Shown in pieces: positions 1 through 6,148 of a stretch of DNA of 11,500 bases. The notes below the pieces were generated by a model. It made no database searches, was not told where the DNA came from, and worked only from the letters and a program-made list of their open reading frames with translations. The DNA is from Pseudomonadota bacterium. GTDB lineage: Bacteria; Bdellovibrionota_B; Oligoflexia; Oligoflexales; CAIMVM01. The DNA is taken from the NCBI GenBank assembly GCA_037142195.1, contig JBAXBA010000105.1, positions 1-11,500 of the forward strand, given 5' to 3'. Within the stretch, counting starts at the first letter, position 1. Every line of letters begins with the position of its first letter. A program made the translations under genes and the position numbers.

Positions 1-11
1 TTATAAGACAA

Positions 12-596
12 ATGATCAAGTTTGAGTAAGTTTTCGGTTGACTGCTTCAGCCCTGCCCGCTATCTTCTCGGGCTCGGAAGCGGCGAGGCTTGGACTCAAC
101 CGAGCATCCCTAACACGACTTTTGCGGAGCTGGCGTGCTTTTGAGGCTTGAAAAAGGAATCTTCAAAAAGGCGGGCGCCGAATGGGATCCAGGCCTGGAA
201 GAGCTAGCAGTCACCTGTGCCAAAATGGGTCCAGACTCCTACATTGCAGGACTTTCTTCCCTTTCTTTTCACAGCCTCCTCAACTTTGTTCCCAAGACTA
301 TATGGGTCGCAGCAGGCAGAAACAAACGCTCAAGCACTTACCGTGTGATTCGCTCAGATGTTGACCTACAAGGCGTTGTAGTGATTGAGGGCGTGGTACG
401 CATGGCTGGGGTTGAGCGGGCTCTTGTCGACGCATTCCGTTACTCTACGAAAATGACGTTAGAGCATTGCTTCCTAGCCGCAGGACGAGCCTTTAAATCT
501 AATCTCACGTCACCTACAAAAGTACTCGCTCTGGCGAGAAAACTAGCTGTGGAGAAATTTATATTAAGGCATTGGGAGGCGCTCAATGTCGAATGA
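12..596 (+). pseudogene. Frameshifted AbiEi-type antitoxin (type IV TA)
   Basis: ORF 135-596 resembles the 999-1580 protein (YIAGLSSLSFHSL vs AIGGLSALFHYNL; VERALVDAFRYSTKM vs IERAIVEAFKLSSKM). The missing N-terminus is in frame +2 at about 53-130 (LPAIFSGSEAARLGLNRASLTRL, matching LGPFTLAEAKQIGISHQELSIL), implying a frameshift near 119-131. The start is uncertain (ATG 12 is followed by TAA 27-29; TTG 38 is the alternative). Confidence 0.8.
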
Positions 597-675
597 ATTG
601 AACAAAAGTAGCGCTGCAAAGTCCAAAGAGAAGCTCAAATCCGTTGCATTGAAAAAAGGATCACGTTTTGAAGAT
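586..675 (+). pseudogene. Truncated 5' fragment of an AbiEii-type toxin
   Basis: ATG 586 overlaps the antitoxin end. MSNELNKSSAAKSKEKLKSVALKKGSRFED aligns with the N-terminus of 1577-2419 (KSKGKSIRQKLSTLSKKMGVDYKD). Similarity stops near 675 and the frame ends near 750. Confidence 0.6.
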
Positions 676-861
676 GGGTCACCCTGTTATAGAGCGTGCA
701 CAGCGGGGCGTCAGATTCTCGAAGGTTACCCCTTTTCGGCAAGGCTCTAGCTATCATTTCCAAGTTAAAATGAACACTTGGAGAAAATTTTAATTCAGGC
801 CTATCCATCTGTAATCAATAATATTTAGAAGCTTTTAGCCTGGGGTAAAATATGCAAAAAA

Positions 862-885
862 TGACATTTTTAAGAAATAATGTCA
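862..885. promoter_or_regulatory. Inverted-repeat operator 1 (probable AbiEi site)
   Basis: TGACATT-N10-AATGTCA, 24 bp. AbiEi-family antitoxins autorepress via inverted repeats in their promoter. Confidence 0.7.
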
Positions 886-953
886 AAACATGCGTACTAC
901 TTAAATTGTAATATTCTAACCCATTGTCTCGCTTTGGGTAAAAACGCACAAAA

Positions 954-977
954 TGACATTTCTATTGAAAAATGTCA
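954..977. promoter_or_regulatory. Inverted-repeat operator 2 (probable AbiEi site), overlapping the -35 box
   Basis: TGACATTT-N8-AAATGTCA, 24 bp, 92 bp after operator 1. Confidence 0.75.
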
Positions 978-993
978 AAAATTGCCGAATAAT
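965..993 (+). promoter_or_regulatory. Putative sigma70 promoter of the abiE operon
   Basis: TTGAAA (965-970), 17-bp spacer, AATAAT (988-993). ATG 999 follows with no Shine-Dalgarno. Confidence 0.5.
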
Positions 994-998
994 AAGAT

Positions 999-1580
999 AT
1001 GACTCCAAAACAAGAAGCACAACTCAAAAAACTTGGCCCCTTTACTCTCGCCGAAGCGAAGCAAATAGGTATTAGTCATCAGGAACTTTCAATCCTTGTT
1101 AAAGAAGAAAAGGTCAATCGCATGGAGTGGGGAATTTATCTCCACCCCAAGGCCAATATTCCCAGAGAAATCGATTTCCAAATTGCTTATAAAAAATTTG
1201 GCCCAAATTCTGCTATAGGTGGCCTTTCTGCTCTTTTTCATTACAACCTTGCAGAGCAAGTTCCAAAACAAACTTGGGTGCTGGTTCCGCCTGAAAAAAG
1301 GGTTAGCACTAGAAAGTTCCGTATCATCCGCACAAAGACTCCCCTCAATATGGGCATTATTGAGGGGGACGGCTACCGAATTGTCTCTATTGAACGCGCC
1401 ATTGTGGAGGCTTTTAAACTCTCAAGTAAAATGGGCGAGCGAACAGCAATCCATGCTTGCCGTGTCGCTATTCAACAAAGACAAACCACTCTTAAAAAAA
1501 TTGGGATGATGGCAAAGGAGCTTGGCCTTACCTCGTATTTCAACAAATACTCTGAGGCCATTATAGGATCTCTTCAATGA
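999..1580 (+). CDS. abiEi: Type IV TA antitoxin, AbiEi family (N-terminal winged HTH)
   Basis: 193 aa; FTLAEAKQIGIS...L...R..WGIY N-terminal pattern, SALFHYNL and SIERAIVE motifs; ATGA overlap with the downstream toxin gene. Confidence 0.88.
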   Translation: MTPKQEAQLKKLGPFTLAEAKQIGISHQELSILVKEEKVNRMEWGIYLHPKANIPREIDFQIAYKKFGPNSAIGGLSALFHYNLAEQVPKQTWVLVPPEKRVSTRKFRIIRTKTPLNMGIIEGDGYRIVSIERAIVEAFKLSSKMGERTAIHACRVAIQQRQTTLKKIGMMAKELGLTSYFNKYSEAIIGSLQ

Positions 1581-2419
1581 CAATAAAATCCAAAGGTAAA
1601 TCCATCAGACAAAAACTGAGCACCCTTTCAAAAAAAATGGGGGTTGATTACAAGGACCTTGAAACCGTTTTTATGATTGAGCGATTATTGGCTCGTTTGA
1701 CTGCGGACAACATCCTTGCCAGGCATCTTATTTTTAAAGGTGGCTTTGTGGGCCTAAAAATTTACGAGTCACCCCGCTATACGGTGGATCTGGATGCCCT
1801 CGTTTTAAATTCCAATATTGATGAAACTCTTGAGAAAGTTAAACAGCAAGCTGAAATTGATTTGAATGATGGGGTTTGGTTCCGCTTTGAAGGTCAGATA
1901 GACCTTGCCACCCAAGGCGAGTACGGCGGAATCCGCCACTCATATAGAGTAGGCATCGGCGAAGTTCTAAAAAATCTTAAAAAAGCTCAGGTCATCCATT
2001 TTGACTTAGGAATAGGAGATCCCGTTACTCCTGGGCCACAGATAAAACAAACCCCATCGCTCTTGTCTCCGCATGATGAAATCAGTTGGTACGTTTATCC
2101 GATTGAAACTATTTGTGCGGAAAAACTTCATGCCATTATTTCTCATGGCGATCAAAACTCCCGTTCCAAAGATGTGTATGACCTCGCCTTATTTTTACCA
2201 AAGGTTGATGGCCAAACCTTAAAAACGGCCCTTAAGCGGAGTTTTGATTTCCGTTCAACCGATTTGCCAAAATCATTTCAAACAGAAATTAAAAGCTTAA
2301 ATACGGATTGGCTTGAGCGGGGATGGGCCAGTGCCGTGGACTCCATTCCCCATGCAATGAGTTTTCAAACTGCATTTGAAAAAGTGGTGCAACTGATCGG
2401 TGACATTGAGACTAACTAG
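1577..2419 (+). CDS. abiEii: Type IV TA toxin, AbiEii-family nucleotidyltransferase
   Basis: 280 aa; FKGG...RYTVDLD nucleotidyltransferase motif and C-terminal AEKLHA...NSRSKDVYDL motif. Confidence 0.92.
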   Translation: MTIKSKGKSIRQKLSTLSKKMGVDYKDLETVFMIERLLARLTADNILARHLIFKGGFVGLKIYESPRYTVDLDALVLNSNIDETLEKVKQQAEIDLNDGVWFRFEGQIDLATQGEYGGIRHSYRVGIGEVLKNLKKAQVIHFDLGIGDPVTPGPQIKQTPSLLSPHDEISWYVYPIETICAEKLHAIISHGDQNSRSKDVYDLALFLPKVDGQTLKTALKRSFDFRSTDLPKSFQTEIKSLNTDWLERGWASAVDSIPHAMSFQTAFEKVVQLIGDIETN

Positions 2420-2576
2420 TACTCCGTAAATTGTGTTTTTCACTGGTGCTCACCTGAACTAAATAGACAATATGCGAATGGAACTAACTTAAGGAACAAC
2501 TCCAAATTCGGGGAAGTCTTGAAAATTTGTTGCATAGGGGCTTCCAAGCTTCAGGCACTGCTGAGACTCTTCAGGG

Positions 2577-2602
2577 TTACATCATCCCGCCCATGCCGCC
2601 CA
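2577..2602 (-). repeat. Outermost att-like copy of the groEL 3' end
   Basis: ttacatcatcccgcccatgccgccca; minus strand reads GGC GGC ATG GGC GGG ATG ATG TAA; 24/26 identical to groEL 7754-7779. Confidence 0.95.
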
Positions 2603-2727
2603 CGCAAACGGGGGTAAGTGACCTGTAATATTCAGAGGTAGTGAGTTGTATTTAAAAGTATTTTTAATCAAAATTTCACCGTCCAATTTTCCTTATTTTG
2701 TATTGAGAAGTAAGTAGAAGCAAAAAA

Positions 2728-2746
2728 ACTGGGGCGCTACTGGAGC
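2728..2746 (+). repeat. Paired repeats ACTGGGGC/ACTGGAGC (11-bp period), candidate arm-type sites of element B
   Basis: Starts at 2728 and 2739, i.e. +151/+162 from 2577; the equivalent pair in element A is at +154/+165. Confidence 0.55.
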
Positions 2747-2881
2747 TAACTAAAAAAAGTTTGTGAAACAGAAGTAAAGCCACAGTCTGCAAGTTCGACT
2801 GCTCCAAAGGTAGGTTCTAAAAAACTTAGTCAATTGGAGAAGTCGTTATGAATCAGAAAACAATCCATGGGGGAGCAATGA

Positions 2882-3199
2882 ATGGGGAGGCCAAGGATCC
2901 ATAAATTAAAAGGAAGTTGTTCTTCCGCAATTCGGCTCCAGAAGCAGGCCAAAGAAAGGTTGGACAGCCTGCTGACCCGAGCAAACAAAAATCGTATCGG
3001 AAAAAAGATCAGAGCAAACGATCTCATTGGGTATAGTTTAGATCTTCTGACTGAAGAGCATCTAAAGGATTTAGTGGCAAGACGTCTGACAAATAAAGAG
3101 CGGCTAGAGATTCATTATAAACAGCTTTCTAAGACTAAACGAGGATATTCTCGTGAGGAGTTTTTAGGCATGTTGCTTGATGGGAAAGTAGCGAGTTAG
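2882..3199 (+). CDS. Conserved small basic protein, putative ribbon-helix-helix DNA-binding protein
   Basis: 105 aa; GGGGAG RBS upstream; 40/90 identities (ungapped, hand count) with 5090-5443. The fold is inferred from a strand-helix-helix pattern (SAIRL...RLDSLL...NDLIGYSL). Confidence 0.8.
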   Translation: MGRPRIHKLKGSCSSAIRLQKQAKERLDSLLTRANKNRIGKKIRANDLIGYSLDLLTEEHLKDLVARRLTNKERLEIHYKQLSKTKRGYSREEFLGMLLDGKVAS

Positions 3200-3209
3200 G
3201 AGATCGATC

Positions 3210-3241
3210 GCGTAGCGCTAGAAGTCATTCTAGCGCTACGC
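3210..3241. terminator. Perfect 14-bp hairpin after the RHH-like gene (terminator or other cis element)
   Basis: GCGTAGCGCTAGAA-gtca-TTCTAGCGCTACGC; no adjacent U-tract on either strand. Confidence 0.5.
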
Positions 3242-3509
3242 TGACAACCTCTAAAAAAGTTAAAGCTTTAAGTAAATGATTTTTTGATATTGGCTTATAA
3301 ACGGCTCAAAAATGGGTTCTCCTATGAATAGCCGGGCAACAAATCTAGACATTTCGAATCTTTTTGGCTGAAAAATTGTTCACTCAAATCGAAAATGTCT
3401 TGAACTATCCAACCGGTGAATTTTGGGGGCGCGAAGACGTGAATATTTGACAGCTGGTTTGATTCCCATTGGGTAAGTTGCGATTGATATAGCGATGTGG
3501 GTCATTGTG

Positions 3510-4109
3510 TTAGGAAAAAATTATGGCTATAAGCTCGGAGTAGTCCCCGGTTCGCCTAGCTTGTTTCAAAGCTGTTATATAAGCTTCGCGCCGCTTCGCT
3601 GGATTACTCTGCAACTTACGGCCCCACATTGGAATTTCGTGCTTGTGAAATCGGCAGATTTGCTCGGTGATGATCCTCCCAAAACGCCCATTGCCGTTTG
3701 CGAATGGATGAATCGTTTCGATGCGCTCGTGGAACCTCGCTGCTAGCTCGTAGTCGGAGAAGGTCTTGCTTTTAATCCAAAAATCCAAATCCATTTCTAA
3801 CTGATATAGCTCCGGCCAAATTTCGTGCGGCAGCTTGAATTCTGGATTCGCCAGTTCATGGGTGCGAATTTTTCCGGCCCAGCTCCAGACGTTTTCAAAA
3901 AGCTTTTTATGTAGCTTAAGCCAAAAATCATACTTGCATGGATTGCTCTTTTGCTTTGCAACCCAAATTAGACCTTTGGCGATATTGTCCTCTTCGTACT
4001 CATCCAGTTCACCGACCGTTTGGATAGTCTTAATCTTTAGGCCCTTTTGGAGTTCGTAGGGAAGCGGTGTTTGGCCGTCGCGGTCTTTGAAGAGAAAATC
4101 GCTCACCAA
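3510..4109 (-). CDS. Fic-domain protein, mobile mystery protein B type
   Basis: Fic motif HPFANGNGRFGR; DGQTPL...ELDEYEEDNI and LHKKLFENVWSWAGKIR segments typical of the family; overlaps the upstream HTH gene by 7 bp. Confidence 0.9.
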   Translation of the reverse strand: MVSDFLFKDRDGQTPLPYELQKGLKIKTIQTVGELDEYEEDNIAKGLIWVAKQKSNPCKYDFWLKLHKKLFENVWSWAGKIRTHELANPEFKLPHEIWPELYQLEMDLDFWIKSKTFSDYELAARFHERIETIHPFANGNGRFGRIITEQICRFHKHEIPMWGRKLQSNPAKRREAYITALKQARRTGDYSELIAIIFS

Positions 4110-4549
4110 ATATCTCCCTTGGCGAGCAAGTCTTTCGCGATTCTATCAATCCTGTCTTTGAGGTCTTCGGTGACTCTTTGGTCTTCAAGGGTCATATGAA
4201 CATCGGCTTCACGGAGTATCCGAGTGGCTTTAGCCGAAGCTTTCTTTTTTAGAAAGGTGCTTAAATCCTGCTTTGGAACGAGCGCATAAACAAATTCGCA
4301 CTCCATGGCGGCTGCAATTTTTCGCATGGTTTCAATGGTAACCTTTCCGGCCTTTTCCCGCTTTTCAATCTGCTGAACAGTAGCAGGGCTCAGACCAGAT
4401 GCTTTGGCTAAATTGCTTAGCGTCATGAACATAGCCTGGCGCATGTAAGCGATCCAGCCAGTGCGAACATATGTGTCCTTTGCGATAGTGCTAAGGTTCT
4501 TGAACCGTCTCTCTATTTGCTTCATAGCGAGTTCATCAGGACGTTTCAT
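4103..4549 (-). CDS. XRE-family HTH protein, mobile mystery protein A type
   Basis: GWIAYMRQAMFMTLSNLA...VQQIEKREKAGKVTIETMRKIAAAMECEFVYALVP and HMTLEDQ motifs; GAGGGG RBS; paired with the Fic gene. Confidence 0.9.
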   Translation of the reverse strand: MKRPDELAMKQIERRFKNLSTIAKDTYVRTGWIAYMRQAMFMTLSNLAKASGLSPATVQQIEKREKAGKVTIETMRKIAAAMECEFVYALVPKQDLSTFLKKKASAKATRILREADVHMTLEDQRVTEDLKDRIDRIAKDLLAKGDIW

Positions 4550-4560
4550 TTGCCCCCTCG

Positions 4561-4574
4561 ATGTCTATAGACAT
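4561..4574. promoter_or_regulatory. Perfect palindrome, probable operator of the HTH/Fic operon
   Basis: ATGTCTATAGACAT, between the RBS and a putative minus-strand promoter TTGCTT (4607-4602), 16 bp, TATCAT (4585-4580). Confidence 0.6.
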
Positions 4575-4684
4575 AAATAATGATAACATGAATATGTTTG
4601 AAAGCAATTTTTTTATGCAAAAAATATGTCTAAAAGCACAATTTACATTTGTCTCAGGCGGAATATGGTAATTTTTTCTAGTGT

Positions 4685-4731
4685 AAAAACAACACCCTAG
4701 CCGAATAATACGGCTAGGGTGTTTTGTTTTT
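4685..4731. terminator. Rho-independent terminator downstream of the displaced groEL end at 4817
   Basis: AACACCCTAGCCG-aataata-CGGCTAGGGTGTT, 13-bp stem with A- and T-tracts on the two sides; 94 bp from the stop copy. Confidence 0.9.
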
Positions 4732-4749
4732 GATTCAGCGCCCCAGAAA

Positions 4750-4776
4750 ACTGGGGAAAAAACCTGGGATTGGGGC
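4750..4776 (+). repeat. CTGGG repeats, candidate arm-type sites of element B (groEL-proximal end)
   Basis: ACTGGGGA (4750), CCTGGGAT (4763), ATTGGGGC (4769); the first two are at -67/-54 from 4817, the same offsets as element A's pair from 7754. Confidence 0.5.
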
Positions 4777-4816
4777 CTGCGACTTTTGCTAATTTGCTAA
4801 AATTGTAGGGAATCAA

Positions 4817-4842
4817 TTACATCATACCGCCCATGCCGCCCA
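4817..4842 (-). repeat. Middle att-like copy of the groEL 3' end (junction of elements B and A)
   Basis: ttacatcataccgcccatgccgccca; minus strand reads GGC GGC ATG GGC GGT ATG ATG TAA; 24/26 identical to the groEL end. Confidence 0.95.
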
Positions 4843-4970
4843 GGGCACATGATGTATCTACCGAATGAGTATTGAGAAGTATGTTCTAGTATAATTAAGT
4901 ATTTACAACTCATCGAAGTGGCCCGTTTCGATCTTGAATTGGTATCGTTAGGTATCCAGAGGCATGAAAA

Positions 4971-4992
4971 TCGTCATCGTCTCGTCATCGTC
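4971..4992 (+). repeat. Tandem TCGTCATCGTC x2, candidate arm-type sites of element A
   Basis: Exact 11-bp tandem at 4971 and 4982; the same motif recurs at 7687 and 7700. Confidence 0.75.
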
Positions 4993-5089
4993 CTGTTCGG
5001 CTTTCCAGCGCGAATTTTATCTATATGCTCAAAAAATGTCCGTATGGTACGGCATTTTTCTGAGTAAAATTCAGTAGGAACAGGAAAAA

Positions 5090-5443
5090 ATGAATATTTT
5101 AGAAACCAATTCTGTAACAGACGCACAATCCAAAACGAAGCAAAAGACAAAGGCGGATATTGCAGCGTCGCCGATTCGAGTACGGCAAAGTACCAGAGTG
5201 AAAATAGATGACCTTTTAAAGCGCGCAAACAAACTAAAGCTCGGGCGAAAGGTTAAGACAGACGATCTGATTTGTTTCAGTTTGGGTCTGTTAACCGATG
5301 AGCATCTTGAGCAGATCTGCAACAAGACGCTTACAAACAAAGACCGGTTGGAGTTACTTTTTCGGCGCGTTGCCAACGAACGGAAAGGTCTCACTCGCGA
5401 CGAGTTCTTCGGTTTCTTGATTGACGGAAAAGTGACGAAGTAA
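5090..5443 (+). CDS. Conserved small basic protein, putative ribbon-helix-helix DNA-binding protein (homologue of 2882-3199)
   Basis: 117 aa; AGGA RBS; shares RANK..G.K...DLI..SL.LLT.EHL and LTNK.RLE...R.EF.G.L.DGKV with 2882-3199. Confidence 0.85.
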   Translation: MNILETNSVTDAQSKTKQKTKADIAASPIRVRQSTRVKIDDLLKRANKLKLGRKVKTDDLICFSLGLLTDEHLEQICNKTLTNKDRLELLFRRVANERKGLTRDEFFGFLIDGKVTK

Positions 5444-5453
5444 TTCCCCATAT

Positions 5454-5489
5454 GGGAGCTGCGCAGGGCTCGCGACCAGCGCAGCTTTT
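5454..5489 (+). terminator. Hairpin with short U-tract after the RHH-like gene
   Basis: AGCTGCGC (5457-5464) pairs with GCGCAGCT (5479-5486), followed by TTT. Confidence 0.6.
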
Positions 5490-5499
5490 CTGCTGCGTA

Positions 5500-5760
5500 T
5501 AGTCCGAGGCTCTTTCGTTGGTTACTGCAGATGTCTCGATGAAGCGCTCGATATCGAAGACCCAATAGTGATTTGAACCGTTATCGAAAGTGACCAGATT
5601 TCCATCGCAAACTTTGGAATCGATCCACTCGCTTTGAGCCATTTCCCAGGATACAGGATCCAGCGCTTTGATGGCGGTGGCGGTGTCATAGTTGATCCAG
5701 GCGATATTGACAGTTTCCGGTTAGGATTTTGCAACAGATAGTTCGATAGCTTGTGCGTTC
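5500..5760 (-). pseudogene. Gene remnant, possibly phage-type; boundaries approximate
   Basis: The frame of ORF 5391-5642 continues upstream as KS*PETVNIAWINYDTATAIKALDPVSWEMAQSEWIDS with an in-frame TAA at 5723-5721. Confidence 0.4.
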
Positions 5761-6148
5761 CTGCCAAAATATGATGTTTGGACTTTACAGCACTAATGTA
5801 GTGTCGACGGTGTTGAAAACGATTCGTCGTATTTCTCCCCTCCCCACTATGGCTGACGGCTTGAGTATTGCGGTTGGCGCAAAGGTCGTTGCCATGATTA
5901 TTGCGCAGGCGCTTTAAGCGCCGTGCTTCTTAGGAGATTTTAGAGCAAGGCGGGCGAATTTTCTGCGAGAAACTTATAGATTCCTCTGACTCGGCGCAGG
6001 GCTGCTTATCAATGATAGCCTATAGGAAAACGATAGGACTCACTTGATAAGAAATGAAAATTCAGAAAATAACAATTGAAAGCGATTCAATAAAAAATGA
6101 AATAAATTGAAAAAATTATGTTGAATATTTACCATATTTCGAACTTAT

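Larger units (their letters stand above)
2577..4842. mobile_element. Element B: small groEL-integrated element with no integrase gene; cargo is an HTH/Fic pair
   Basis: Bounded by groEL-end direct repeats; own terminator; CTGG(G/A) repeat pairs at both ends; conserved RHH-like gene. Confidence 0.8.

Noticed and set aside
182..5565. Short ORFs 182-364, 1089-1271, 1219-1509, 2830-3027, 3495-3746, 3835-4059, 4974-5228 and 5071-5565
   Set aside because: They overlap better-supported genes in another frame or strand and show no recognisable motifs.
5522..5767. 81-aa minus-strand ORF
   Set aside because: An alternative frame over the gene remnant; the interrupted frame is more protein-like.
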